Assembly: GCA_963770935.1 (NCBI GenBank)
Contig: CAVYRJ010000017.1
Coordinates: 1-64,000, forward strand
Length of the DNA: 64,000 nucleotides
Direction of reading: 5' to 3'
Source of the DNA: Candidatus Bathyarchaeota archaeon
GTDB taxonomy: Archaea > Thermoproteota > Bathyarchaeia > Bathyarchaeales > Bathycorpusculaceae
Positions within the stretch are counted from its first letter, which is position 1, and every line of letters begins with the position of its first letter. This document shows, in pieces, positions 29,671 to 40,547 of the stretch. The notes below the pieces were generated by a model. That model was not told the origin of the DNA, searched no databases, and saw only the letters and a program-made list of their open reading frames with translations. The position numbers and the translations under genes were made by a program.

Positions 29671-30209
29671 TTGACCAAAAACGTAAGAAACAAAGAAATC
29701 AAAATATCCCAAGAAAAACTTAGAGAAGGAATCACTCTTTCTCTTGAGAAATCATTGAAATACCTAAATGCAACAAGACTATTGCTTGAAAACGACTATG
29801 TTGATTACGCTGTCACACTAATTTTTTTGCAATAGAAGAATTTGGCAGAGCCGTGTATCTTAGGAAAAGGCTTCAAGAAGGAAAAGTAACAATCGAACCA
29901 GAAATACAGATAGGTAATAAAGGACACATGCTAAAATACGATTACGCTTTTTCTGTATTACCAGATGGGTTAAAGAATATTTTTTTTGGTTTGAATCCGA
30001 GCGCGGAGATTAATCCATTTATTGACCCACCTTGGTCTTTAATGGGAATAAAGGTGCAACAACTTAATCCTAAAACTCGTCTTAAACCAATTTACTCAAA
30101 CTTCAATGAGGAAACACAGGATTGGGAAGAGGGCATACCTATATCTAAAATAAGGATAGAGGAAATAGCCAGTGAAATTGAGAAAGCAATCGTAGATTTT
30201 ACATCTTAA
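29671..30209 (+). CDS. AbiV-like (HEPN-type) protein; frameshift in T-run at 29822..29828
   Basis: Repaired: GITLSLEKSLKYLNATRLLLEND..YAVTLIFFAIEEFGRA...GHMLK, matching the AbiV A..L..A.EE.GK..H..K pattern. Confidence 0.6.
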
Positions 30210-30286
30210 TCAGCTAAATTAGTTATTTCTCATTTATGATTGCATTCTCAAGCTATTCTAAGATTTATTCTTCATATTACTATTTG

Positions 30287-30440
30287 TTACTCAATCTTGA
30301 CGCGTTCTTTGGCATGCTTTTCATACTCTTCTTCTGAGATAATACCTTTCTCAATCAGTAAATCAACTAAAGGCAGATTGCATTGTGTCTAAGAGATCTA
30401 TTTCCTCTAAGGGGTCTCTTTCAACTTTAGCTTTTTTCAT
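30287..30440 (-). CDS. Small SHOCT-like protein, +1 frameshift (not in ORF track)
   Basis: MKKAKVERDPLEEIDLLDTMQSA-LVDLLIEKGIISEEEYEKHAKERVKIE. Confidence 0.5.
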
Positions 30441-30582
30441 CCTTTCTGCCTTTCGCTAAGTAACCTTGTTCGCTTAGCCAATTCATAATGATTTGCCTTA
30501 GAGTATTGCTGTATCCTTCCCCTAGCTTATCGACTTCTTCTTTGTCCAAGATTTCAACTACACCAAAAGAGACTGGTAGCAT
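30427..30582 (-). CDS. Ribbon-helix-helix (CopG-like) small protein (not in ORF track)
   Basis: GVVEILDKEEVDKLGEGYSNTLRQIIMNWLSEQGYL; overlaps the next small ORF. Confidence 0.45.
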   Translation of the reverse strand: MLPVSFGVVEILDKEEVDKLGEGYSNTLRQIIMNWLSEQGYLAKGRKDEKS

Positions 30583-30654
30583 CCTGGCGGAATGCCAATT
30601 GTGGCTAAAAGATAATTTAAAAAATAGGTATCTGAAGCTGAAAGATTGCTCTTT

Positions 30655-31146
30655 TTACTCTTTTTGTTGAAAGAGTTTCTTGATTGCTCCGATTCTTGCT
30701 TTCTGCGCCAGCACATCGCTTGTAACTACTGTTATGGCTTCTTCTGGGCACCATTTGACGCATTGTGGTCCTTCAGGTTTGTCCTTGCATAGGTCACAGA
30801 CATAGACGACTTTGGTTTCTGGATGAAGCATCATGGCGCCATAGTCGCAGGCTTCAATACACCAGCCGCAGCCATTACATTTATCCTTGTCCAAAACGAT
30901 TGCACCTGTCTCCTTTGATTGAGTAAGTGCATCTCTTGGGCAAGCGGCAACGCATGCTGGCTCTTCGCAAAGTCTACATGTAACAGCCATGTTAGCTAAC
31001 TGGTTAACACGCACAACTCTGATGCGTGACTTGAGAGGATTGAATGCTTTCTCTTTGGTAAAGGAGCAAGCGTACTCACATATTTGGCAGCCCACGCATT
31101 TTTCTGGATCAACAGAAACAAATTTTCTCTCGTGGAGTTTAACCAT
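30655..31146 (-). CDS. 4x[4Fe-4S] ferredoxin-like subunit of AOR module 2
   Basis: CVGCQICEYAC, CRLCEEPACVAACP, CNGCGWCIEAC, CDLC..PQCVKWCP. Confidence 0.92.
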   Translation of the reverse strand: MVKLHERKFVSVDPEKCVGCQICEYACSFTKEKAFNPLKSRIRVVRVNQLANMAVTCRLCEEPACVAACPRDALTQSKETGAIVLDKDKCNGCGWCIEACDYGAMMLHPETKVVYVCDLCKDKPEGPQCVKWCPEEAITVVTSDVLAQKARIGAIKKLFQQKE

Positions 31147-31149
31147 ATT

Positions 31150-33023
31150 TTACGCCTCTTTTCCTTCGACTATAGTTTGGTAATCTTGCATGCCTAGTTC
31201 TTGGAGCTTAGCTTTGGTTGGTATGCCTTCGACGTTCCAGCCGCGTGCTTGATAATAATCGTCTAGTAGGAGGTCAAGTTCTTCTTGGGTTACTACCGCT
31301 CCTTTTGCGGTTCCAGCATCTGTAATTGGTTGGTTCATGACTTTCCAGGGCAATGTGTCGTCTTTTCGACTAAAGCCTTCCCGGACATTGATTAGTTTAG
31401 CTAATGTGTTTATTCGTTCGCCCACAACGCCAAGTTCCTCAGCAGTCATTTCGATGCCCGTGACTAGGTTGTATAGTTTTGCCATGTCGGCGAGTTCTTT
31501 GTAGAGGGTACCTTTGGCGTTCTTGCAGATGATGAATGAATCGATAAGTGCGTAGATATCTTCTGAGTCTTTGACAAGTTTGCCGCGTCCTTTTTCAGCT
31601 TTGAAACGGTCAATTTTGCCCTTCAAGTCGATGAGGTAAGCGCCGCTTCGATTTTGGTCTGCTCCACGGAAAGAAACTGCTGAACCTAATGCCGCGGTTT
31701 TAAGACAACGTAAATCGAAACCAGTCACTTCTAAGCCTTTAATCTGTAGGGCTAGCTCAATTGAGTTTTTGCCGATTTTTTCGGCAGCTACCTTTACGCC
31801 GTCTGCAAGCATGTCGCCGATGCCTTCGCGTTTGCCGATTTTTTCGATAAGTTGCAGGAGTGCGTCTGCGTTTCCGAAGTGAGCATCTAATCCTTCGAGA
31901 TCTTCATGGGTTAGTATGCCTTTTTCGTGGCAGTCCATGACGAAGCTAACGGTTACGCCTGCGCTTGTTGCATCAAGACCGTAGTGGTTGCAAAGTTCAG
32001 CGGCTTTAATTATTGCATCGAGTTTGTCTACTCCACAGTTTGGACCCAATGCCCAGATATTATCGTATTCCATGCGGGCTAAAGTGCCTTTGTAAGGTCC
32101 TTCTTTTATGACAGCTTCATGTTCACATCGCATGGCACATGAGTTGCAAGCGATGATTTTTGCAATATAGCGCTCATTGAGTGTTTCAGCGCTGACTTTT
32201 TCAGCGTTCTCAAAATGCGCGTTATTGAAGTTGCGTGTTGGTAAACAGAAAAGTTCGTTCTGCACCAATTATATTTTCGGATGTACCAAGGGTGCGGTAT
32301 TTCTGTGCAGCTGGTCCTTTCATGCGTTCATGGAATTCTTTTACCATTGTTATGAATTCGTCGGGTTTAGCGACAACTATGTCTCTGGTGCCTCTGACAG
32401 CGATGGCTTTGAGGTTTTTGCTTCCCATGATTGCACCAAGACCTGTCCTTCCGGCTGCCCGTGTTTTCTCGTTTATTATGCATGCGATTTTTGAGAGTTT
32501 CTCGCCTGCTAAACCAATAGATGCAACTCGAACGTAGTAATCGCCCAGCTCATTTTTTATAGCATCTTCGGTTTCGCCAGGGGATTTACCCCAAAGTTGT
32601 GCCGCATCTAAGAAGCTGGACTGAGTCATCGTCAATCCAGAGATAAACTGGCTTGTCAGCCTTGCCCGTTAAAATTACAGCGTCGTACCCTGCACGTTTT
32701 AGTTCTGCGCCAAAGGTGCCGTGGCTTACAGCTTCTCCAACGCCATTTGTTTCGGGTGATTTAGATATGAATGCGTGACCGTTTCCGCCTGTCGGAAACA
32801 TTGTTCCTGAAACTGGACCAAGTGCCAAAACAAGCGGGTTTTCCGCGCTTAGCGGGTTTACACCTGCTTTTGAGTTGGATAAGTAGAGTTTCATGCCAAG
32901 GCCGATGCCGCCAATGTATTTTTTGGCGGTCTCATCGGGTAATTTTTCAGTTCGGGTCTTGCCGGTGGTTAAATCAACGTATAAGATTGTTCCTGCGTAA
33001 CCTAGCAACCTTGTTTCCTCCAA
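31150..33023 (-). CDS. aor: Tungsten/molybdenum aldehyde:ferredoxin oxidoreductase family protein, paralogue 2; two +1 frameshifts (~32612, ~32270)
   Basis: Three consecutive ORFs: GYAG.IL.VDL, KSP, LKRAGYDA, GRTGLGAIMGSKNLKA, CNSCAMRC, YYQARGW. Confidence 0.9.
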
Positions 33024-33055
33024 GATTATTGAAAGTATTTAGTGCTGTTGAACAA

Positions 33056-33071
33056 TATATTAAGTTAATGG
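33056..33071 (-). promoter_or_regulatory. Promoter element shared by both aor genes (CCATTAACTTAATATA)
   Basis: Identical 16-mer at 36124..36139. Confidence 0.65.
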
Positions 33072-33238
33072 GTTCTTTGCTTGAAAATTCATGGCTTTAA
33101 TTTCGCATTACAAAAGTCGTTTTGAATGATCGAGAATATCGCTTAATCGCTAAATTCTATGATAAAAACGAAAGATGCAATAGAAAAGAAATATCAGAAC
33201 CCCAAACAAATACTAACCCAGAGCAGAAGGCAAAACAA

Positions 33239-33526
33239 ATGCAAGTTAAAGTTCACTACATCAGCCTAGTAAAATCCTACACAAACAAAAGCCAAGACGA
33301 ATTCAACCTCCCAGATGGCACCCCACTGTCGGGTCTGCTCGACAAAATCGCCCAAGCCTATGGCAGCCAATTCTCAAAGGAAGTCTATGATCCAACCAAA
33401 AAAGAGATGAAGGCAACGTTCGTGGCGATGGTTAACGGTGTTTTGATGGACCAGCTAAAAGGCGTAGACACACATCTCAAAGACGGCGACAGCGTAATTT
33501 TGATGTCGTTAGTGACAGGCGGCTAA
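33239..33526 (+). CDS. MoaD/ThiS/SAMP ubiquitin-like sulfur carrier
   Basis: MQVKVHY...MVNG...LKDGDSVIL...VTGG C-terminal di-Gly; lies between AOR modules. Confidence 0.9.
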   Translation: MQVKVHYISLVKSYTNKSQDEFNLPDGTPLSGLLDKIAQAYGSQFSKEVYDPTKKEMKATFVAMVNGVLMDQLKGVDTHLKDGDSVILMSLVTGG

Positions 33527-33650
33527 ATATAAGCGCAAGATAGCCCAGCTTAAAGCAATTAGCAATCATTATTTTTGTGAGAGAGAAAGTGACCTGAAAA
33601 AAAACTAAAATATTTTGCGCTAGAAATAGCGCATTTTGATAATTACTGGT

Positions 33651-34163
33651 TTATTTTGATTTGTTGGCTTCTTCGACGGTTTGAAACAGGTTCTTGACAG
33701 CTTTCTGTCGGTATTTCTGCGCTAATGTTTCTGCTGTAACGTAGGTTAATGCTTCTTCTGGACACCATTTGACGCATTGTGGCTCTTTTGTTTCGTTGTC
33801 AGTGCAGCTGTTGCAGGTGAACACGACTTTCTTTTCTGGATGCATGTTCATAGCGCCGAATTGGCATGCGCTTATGCACCATCCGCAGCCGTTGCAAGCG
33901 TTTTCGTCAACGCGTATTATACCGCTGTCTTCTTCTTGTTTTAGAGCGTCTCTTGGGCAGGCTGCTACACATGCTGGGTCTTCACAGTGTCTGCAGGTGA
34001 TTGCAAGGTTTACCAATGGTCCAATTCGCATGGCGCGTATACGTGATTTGTTTGGGTTGAAGGTTTTCTCGTTAATCATGCTACAAGCATATTCGCAGAC
34101 GCAGCAACCAATGCATTTGTCTGGATCAGCAGTCACGAATTTTCGATCTTGTGGACGCACCAT
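33651..34163 (-). CDS. 4x[4Fe-4S] ferredoxin-like subunit of AOR module 1
   Basis: Four Cys clusters; close paralogue of 30655..31146. Confidence 0.92.
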   Translation of the reverse strand: MVRPQDRKFVTADPDKCIGCCVCEYACSMINEKTFNPNKSRIRAMRIGPLVNLAITCRHCEDPACVAACPRDALKQEEDSGIIRVDENACNGCGWCISACQFGAMNMHPEKKVVFTCNSCTDNETKEPQCVKWCPEEALTYVTAETLAQKYRQKAVKNLFQTVEEANKSK

Positions 34164-34164
34164 T

Positions 34165-36079
34165 TTAGGTTCCTCCTACACTTGCAACTGCAGCTACAGG
34201 CTTGTTTTCTTTGGCTGCTTTCATTGCGTCTTCGGCAATGTAAGCTAAGTCTCCTAACCCTACCTGTTGCAAACGTTCAACCGTTGGGATACCATCAGCC
34301 GTCCATCCACGTGAAGCATAATAGTCATCTAAGCCAATTGCCATTTCCTCGTCGTTGACACAGACGCCCTTTGCTGGTCCCTCGTCAGGAACTGGGAAAT
34401 GCTTTATCTTGTATGGAACATCGTCGTATTTGCGTGTGCCTTTGCCTTCACGTATGTTGAAGAGTCTTGCCAAGTTTTCGATTCTGTCGCCGTCTAGCAT
34501 CATCTCTTCTACGGTGATTGGGATGCCTGTAGCTAAGGTGTAGTAGTTTGCGAGATCTTTCCAGCCGTCGTAGTATGTGCCTCTGCTAAATTTGCATACA
34601 ATAAGTGAGTCAATGATGTTGTACATTTTGCTTTCATCAGTAATCGTTTTGCCGCGTCCAGCCTCAATCTTGAAGCGGTTAAACTTTCCCTTAACGTCAG
34701 GTGAGTAAGCTCCGTTTCTTAGGTGGCAAGCGCCTCTGAAAGATACTGAGAAGCCTAGTGCAGCAGTCTTTAGAGTTCTTAGGTCGTAGCCTGGAAGCTC
34801 TAAGCCTTTGATGTGGCAGGCATACTTGTATGCGTCTCCGCCGATTAATTCGGCAGCTTTTGCTACTCCTTCAGCCAAAATGTTTCCCAGCCAGCCTTCA
34901 CGTTTACCAATCTTGTGAATAATAGCGATTAGTGCTTCAGCGTTGCCGAACTTTAAGGTCGATTCCGTCGGTTTGTTCCTTGGTGATTATGCCGTGCTCA
35001 TAGAGATCCATCGCGAACGCGACAACAACGCCTATTGAGATGCCGTCCATGCCGTACTCGTTAACAATTCGCATTGCTTCGATAATTGCGTCTAAGCGGT
35101 CAACACCGCAAAGTGGTCCCATGCTCCAGAGGCATTCGAATTCCAATCGTGAAGTTGAACCTTTGTATGGTCCTTCGGGAACAACGCCGATGTGGTCACA
35201 ACGCATACCGCAAGTTGCACAGCCGACAATTTTCTTAACATAATGCTCGTTGAAGTATTCGCCGCTTACTTTGTTGGCGCCTTCAAAAGTGGCGTTCGTC
35301 CAGTTCCTTGTTGCCAAGGCTGAAAGCGAGTTTAGAACCAAAACGTTTTCGGGTGTGCCTAAGGTTTTGTATTTCTTGGTTGATGGACCCTTCATACGTT
35401 CATGGATAAGTTTAACAAATTCCATGAATCCTTTAAGATCCGCTACGTTGACATCTTTTGTGCCTCGTACAGCGACTGCCTTGAGGTTTTTAGAACCCAT
35501 AACTCCGCCCATACCGCTTCTTCCAATAGCACGAAACTCATCGTTTATTATAGCTGCAAACCTGCAAAGTTTCTCGCCTGCTTCACCAATCGCTGAAACA
35601 CGGATGTAAAAGTCGCCGAGTTCATCTCGGATTTTGTCATCAGTTTCTCTAACGGTTGCATTTTTGAGGTATTCAGCATTTCGGATTTCAACTTTGTCAT
35701 CGTCAATCCACAGGTAAGATAGTTTAGGTGCTTTACCTTTTATTATAACAGCATCGTAGCCCGCACGTTTTAGGTCAGGTCCGAAGAAGCCGTGGGCTTC
35801 GCCATTACCGATACCGCCGGTGGCAGGAGATTTGGACACGACGGCGTAGCTGTTGCCGCCTGTTGGACCCATGGTGCCGCTAAGTGGACCCGTTAAGTAA
35901 ATAATCGGGTTATCTGGGTCATATGGATCAGTGCCTGGTTTTGAATTGTCAAACAGTAAGCGGATACCTAAACCTATTCCGCCGATGTAGTCTTTAGCCA
36001 TCTGCTCTGATAATGGCTCGGTTTTTATTTCTCCTGTCGTGAGGTTAACATGTAAAATTTTTCCCGCATAAGCAAACAT
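34165..36079 (-). CDS. aor: Aldehyde:ferredoxin oxidoreductase family protein, paralogue 1; +1 frameshift near 34953
   Basis: GRSGMGGVMGSKNLKA, CATCGMRC, EFE, KGLELPGYD, RGACHL, DSLIVCKF, YYASRGW. Confidence 0.92.
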
Positions 36080-36123
36080 GCTTTCTTCCCCTCAATGTTG
36101 TTATGTAAAAGGCATTTGAAAAC

Positions 36124-36139
36124 TATATTAAGTTAATGG
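36124..36139 (-). promoter_or_regulatory. Promoter element of aor paralogue 1
   Basis: Identical to 33056..33071. Confidence 0.65.
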
Positions 36140-36274
36140 CAGTTGCGTTTAAAAAAACACGGTTATTTTCGACCTGTTTTTTGTTACATAACGCAAAATA
36201 GAGCCCTCCCCAAGCACTCGTGGAAGCGAAAACTTAAACCAACCCAACCTCTACCCCATAAGCAGGCGAAAAAC

Positions 36275-37318
36275 TTGAAGCGAACCGATGCTCTAAAACA
36301 ATTAGCGGTCAACCAGAACAAACCATCAAACTTTTTAATCTTCAACCAAACCAACCTAACCTACTTAACAGGCTTCTCCGCAGCAACTGCCCTTCTAATA
36401 CCAGAACAAGGCGAAAAAGTGCTTTACGTTTCAGGAGTCAACTATGAACAAGCTAAAGCTGAAGTCAAAGACGTTACCGTGGAACTTTTGAAAAGGTCCG
36501 AGAACCTGATTGAGAAAATTGCCAAACAAACCCCAGCCAAAAAGTTCGCTGTAGATGCACTATCAGTTGAAAGTTGGCGCGCTTTAGCTAAGGCAGTCGG
36601 CGGAGAGGAAAACTTGGAATTAGCCAACAACCTAATCCTTGAACTCCGAAAAACCAAAAGCCAAGAGGAAATCAAGCTCATAAATGAAGCCTGCAAACTA
36701 GCAGACATAGGCATGAAAGTAGCTTCCGAAACTGTTCGAGCAGGCACAAAAGAAAAGGATGTAGCGGCAGAGGTCGAATATGCCATGCGCAAGGCAGGTT
36801 CAGACGGAACAGCCTTTGAAACCATAGTAGCTTCAGGTGCAACATCAGCGTTTCCCCATGGCAGCAACCTAGAAAAAACAATTCATGAAGGCGATTCTAT
36901 CGTGGTTGATTTGGGTGCAACAAATAGGTTCTACCGCTCAGACATCACTCGAACATTCTTCGCTGGGAAACCCACGGAGAAGCAAACCAGAATCTACGAA
37001 ACCGTCGAATTGGCGCAACAGAAAGCCATCGAATCAATCAAACCAGGAATCCTAGCAAAAGAGGTTGATATGGCAGCTAGGCAAATTATTGAAAAGGCGG
37101 TTTTTGGTGAGTTTTTTGTTCATAACCTTGGGCACGGCGTTGGTCTGGAGGTTCATGAAGCGCCCATCTTGAGTCCCGACAGCAAGGACATTTTGGAAAC
37201 AGGAAATGTAGTGACGGTTGAGCCAGGGATTTACGTGCCAGGTTTTGGCGGAGTCCGAATCGAAGACACAGTCCTTGTCACACCGGATGGGGCCGAAATA
37301 CTTACATCTGCTCCTTAA
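36275..37318 (+). CDS. Xaa-Pro aminopeptidase/dipeptidase (M24B)
   Basis: FPHG, VVDLG, SDITRT, HNLGHGVGLEVHE, TVEPGIY, GVRIED; start re-called at TTG 36275. Confidence 0.93.
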   Translation: MKRTDALKQLAVNQNKPSNFLIFNQTNLTYLTGFSAATALLIPEQGEKVLYVSGVNYEQAKAEVKDVTVELLKRSENLIEKIAKQTPAKKFAVDALSVESWRALAKAVGGEENLELANNLILELRKTKSQEEIKLINEACKLADIGMKVASETVRAGTKEKDVAAEVEYAMRKAGSDGTAFETIVASGATSAFPHGSNLEKTIHEGDSIVVDLGATNRFYRSDITRTFFAGKPTEKQTRIYETVELAQQKAIESIKPGILAKEVDMAARQIIEKAVFGEFFVHNLGHGVGLEVHEAPILSPDSKDILETGNVVTVEPGIYVPGFGGVRIEDTVLVTPDGAEILTSAP

Positions 37319-38459
37319 CGCCGCGGTGTTTCTTGAAGTAAACCAACAAACCAGCAATCGCCAAGGCTACTACCACAGAGACAGCGGCAACAGGCACTGT
37401 TGGGAAAGGCTCGGTTGAAGAAGCTTCTGGTTCAAGCTTTGTCAATGAAGAATTGCTGTTGTCCATGTAGTAGGTGGAATCAGGTGAAGGGGAAGGTTCA
37501 GTTGATGGCGAAGCCGGACTTCCCATAAAGCCGCCATAACCTAATGCAAGGCATTGGACCACTTCTCCCGAATCAGCCCAAATTATAACTTCAATATAGG
37601 AAACACCACCTGGATAAATGTCATTTAAGGGCAAATCAACAATCCAGCAAGCATACAAAACCATAGCGTTGCCACGATTAAGGAATGACATACGTGAACG
37701 TATCTGTTCCTTGACTACGTTGAAACCGGTTACTTCCTTATTACTAGACTTATAAGAAAAGGGTTCCGCACGTATCAAAGCAATACTTTCGGCTTCTTCC
37801 TGAGAAATATTCACCTCAGAGCTTCCCAATCGATAAAAGCTTCTATCGTCAGCGAAGTGTGATAGCTCTGCATCCTGAAAATCCAATATTAGTCGGCTAT
37901 AGCCCGTTCCTTGTAGAGTATTGCTCCAAGTAAGATGAGTTCTGTCATTTTCGACGTATACCTCAAGTTTCAAATCATCAACCGTTCTTGTATTATTGGA
38001 AGAAATTTCCACCGTATCGAGCAGATTCCGCATTTGGGTAAGTTGTGTGTCTCTAGTGTATATTTGGTATCTTTGCAGAAAACCTGAAGCTGTATCCTTT
38101 AGGTTAGCGGAAGGTTGCACGCTATAAAGTGTCAGTCCTTGCGAAACCTCATAGAAAGAGCACGACATCACTCCTTTTTCCCATACAGTAAATGAAACTG
38201 TTAGGATGCTTGCTATGTTTAAGCCGGATGCGTCAAGCCTATATTGTCCTGTTGTTTTTTGGGCATCCAAAGAACCCGCTGAGATCAGTTTCGCCTCATA
38301 TTTTGACATGTCAAACTGAACCACATCCTTCAAGAATGCAAGCACCTCTCCAGTATCAACAGTCGTTCCAACAGCTGCATATGCAACATTAAATTGTGCA
38401 GGGCAGACTACTGCAAGTATTGTTACAAGTACAAGGGAACATGTTTTTTTACTTAACAT
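37302..38459 (-). CDS. Secreted membrane-anchored hypothetical protein (EPFPT-TM-KK tail)
   Basis: Signal peptide, Ser/Pro linker, TM; paralogue of 38877..39755. Confidence 0.8.
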   Translation of the reverse strand: MLSKKTCSLVLVTILAVVCPAQFNVAYAAVGTTVDTGEVLAFLKDVVQFDMSKYEAKLISAGSLDAQKTTGQYRLDASGLNIASILTVSFTVWEKGVMSCSFYEVSQGLTLYSVQPSANLKDTASGFLQRYQIYTRDTQLTQMRNLLDTVEISSNNTRTVDDLKLEVYVENDRTHLTWSNTLQGTGYSRLILDFQDAELSHFADDRSFYRLGSSEVNISQEEAESIALIRAEPFSYKSSNKEVTGFNVVKEQIRSRMSFLNRGNAMVLYACWIVDLPLNDIYPGGVSYIEVIIWADSGEVVQCLALGYGGFMGSPASPSTEPSPSPDSTYYMDNSNSSLTKLEPEASSTEPFPTVPVAAVSVVVALAIAGLLVYFKKHRGVKEQM

Positions 38460-38530
38460 TTTATTGATTCATTTTCCTCTTCAAAGTAATGCTGCTCAAG
38501 TTTTCTCCGGTAAGCACTGAGAATTTAGTG

Positions 38531-38566
38531 CTTTAAGAGGTTTTTCGTCAAACTTTCTTGACTAAC
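38531..38566 (-). promoter_or_regulatory. Conserved operator plus BRE/TATA (GTTAGTCAAGAAAGTTTGACGAAAAACCTCTTAAAG)
   Basis: GTCAA-N6-TTGAC inverted repeat abutting the BRE; near-identical copy at 41696. Confidence 0.7.
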
Positions 38567-38876
38567 TTTTAGTTGGTACTCGCATGTTTGGGTTAACAAA
38601 CTTTTGTGCTTTTGCTTAAGCGGCGTGTGTTTGAAGGTGGATATCGGTTTAAGTTTTTATCGCATGTGACACCTGATATTTTGTTTATGTTTGAGGCGCA
38701 GCTGGCGGGCTTTGTTGCTAAGGTGCATGGTAGTGTGTTGTGTGGGCATCTGCCTGAGTTTCCGTTACCATGAGTGGGTTGGCTGGCAAAATCTGTCTGC
38801 GGCGCCGTTCTTGCTGCGGAACAGAGTGTTCTCTTAGAAGAGTAAAATATGGGATTTAGCTTAGAAAGTAATAGGT

Positions 38877-39755
38877 GTGCTAGCAATGAAGGCTCTGAGC
38901 GTTTCGTGGAGAGTTTTAGCCTTAGGATTTATCTTATTATCGATGGCACTGGCGCTGGGAACTGTTTTGACTGGGCATTGCGAGTTGCAAAGCATTGAAG
39001 ACAAGGCTTTAACTTACATAAAAAATGTGCTCCCAATAGACTTTGCACATTACAATGTCACATTTGGAAGTTATGAGCTTCCCGGATCCCCTAACGCAAC
39101 CTATCGGACCGATGCGGTGACTTTCATGTTGAATTCCAGTGAAAGCATACTCGTTGTAAACTGCCAGTTTATTGAAGAAGTCCAGTACACTTGCGACATG
39201 AGAGTTCAACAGGGGTCGCCAATTTATAGCCGCGACTGCTCGGATTTGGTTGGTGTTGCAAAAAACATTTTTGAAAAACATGAAACCCAGACTGGCATGG
39301 ATTCATCTGAAATCTTACGCACTCTTGACCTGGTTAGCTCAGCTGAAGGATCTGAAACAGTGACGTTAGGCAATGTCACGTTAACTATTTCACAAGGGCT
39401 CATTCCGACTGGCTTGAAGTCAGTTGACGGTTCGCTTCACGTTGACCCCTCGAGCACTCATAATGTTACCTCTTTTCGTTGGTCTTGGCGTGTGAATGGA
39501 GAAGAGCAGGTGATGGTGCTTTTGGACTTTGAGAATGGTAACTTGCATTCTATTCGCGACGACCGAATATTGTACGCAATAGAAAATAGAGAGGATAAAA
39601 CAGGTCAGGTTGAACCGGAATTCGCTCCTTTCCTAGTCGCTATTGTTGCCGTTGTTTTAACTCTATCATTTGCCCTAGGCGTGGGTATCGTATTCTATTA
39701 TAAGAGACGCAGCAGGTCAAGAGAAGCATCTGCCAACCAATTCCATGGAACTTAG
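38877..39755 (+). CDS. Secreted membrane-anchored hypothetical protein
   Basis: ALTYIKNVLPID..Y and LDFENG.L.S..DDR shared with 37302..38459; EPEF-TM-KRR tail. Confidence 0.8.
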   Translation: MLAMKALSVSWRVLALGFILLSMALALGTVLTGHCELQSIEDKALTYIKNVLPIDFAHYNVTFGSYELPGSPNATYRTDAVTFMLNSSESILVVNCQFIEEVQYTCDMRVQQGSPIYSRDCSDLVGVAKNIFEKHETQTGMDSSEILRTLDLVSSAEGSETVTLGNVTLTISQGLIPTGLKSVDGSLHVDPSSTHNVTSFRWSWRVNGEEQVMVLLDFENGNLHSIRDDRILYAIENREDKTGQVEPEFAPFLVAIVAVVLTLSFALGVGIVFYYKRRSRSREASANQFHGT

Positions 39756-39804
39756 CCAATGGGTTTCATATTTGGCTGATGGTTTTGTAGCTAATTTTCT
39801 TGTG

Positions 39805-40473
39805 CTAGATTTTGGATGTTAGGCTTCTTTTTTTGCGGTAGATAAGTAAAGCGCCTGCTACTCCAACTGCGGCTAATGCTGCTGAAACAGTAGCAACATT
39901 TGCAGTTGAAAAAGACTCCGTTTCTAAAGGCAAAGCATAGGCAGATGGAGAAGGTTCCCCAGCCACAGTAAAGTAAACTATGTCAGAGACAACTTGAGGA
40001 TATTCATAAACTGGTCCGCTGCTACTTGTGATATCCGAGATAAAATGGGAATTGTTGTAAGCCGGTCCTCGATAATAGGTGAAGGAGAGAACTGTCACAT
40101 TTAACACATGCCGTCTTATAGTTGATTGGTTTAAGTCTAATCTGAAGAAATACTCTCTAGAGGATTTGTATCCATAATTAATACTATTTCCGTCTAAATA
40201 CGCATTTACAGAAGCTACTCGCCCCAATGAAATAGGGATCATATGCACAATTTTCCATGAGTCAGGGGTAGATACGGCAAAATTAAGATAAACATCACTG
40301 CCTTCGTATTCAGTATTGTTTTTTGGGCTCAGAATTGTCAGGGTAGGTTTATCCTGGTTAGGCGTAGATGGCCAAGGAACAGGATTAGCCATAGCCAACC
40401 CAGCCACTTGCATGCCTACAGTTAATGTTAGAATTAATGTTATGGTTGTTTTTGCCAATGTTTTGTTTGGCAT
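39805..40473 (-). CDS. Secreted Ig-like-domain protein with C-terminal TM anchor
   Basis: Signal peptide ending A.ANP, PTLTILSPKN.TY, LNF, VYFTV, ESFST-TM-RKK. Confidence 0.8.
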   Translation of the reverse strand: MPNKTLAKTTITLILTLTVGMQVAGLAMANPVPWPSTPNQDKPTLTILSPKNNTEYEGSDVYLNFAVSTPDSWKIVHMIPISLGRVASVNAYLDGNSINYGYKSSREYFFRLDLNQSTIRRHVLNVTVLSFTYYRGPAYNNSHFISDITSSSGPVYEYPQVVSDIVYFTVAGEPSPSAYALPLETESFSTANVATVSAALAAVGVAGALLIYRKKRSLTSKI

Positions 40474-40503
40474 CTAAACACCTATAAACTATTAGAAGAG
40501 ATT

Positions 40504-40539
40504 GCTTAAGTGTTTTTTTGACAAACTTCCTTAGTCAAA
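40504..40539 (-). promoter_or_regulatory. Degenerate copy of the conserved operator/promoter motif
   Basis: TTTGACTAAGGAAGTTTGTCAAAAAAACACTTAAGC aligns without gaps to the 38531 copy. Confidence 0.6.
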
Positions 40540-40547
40540 GTTTATTG

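Noticed and set aside
31150-36079. Programmed frameshifting or selenocysteine recoding in aor genes
   Set aside because: Breaks fall at different positions in the two paralogues, with no in-frame TGA at Cys sites; they fit the window-wide insertion pattern
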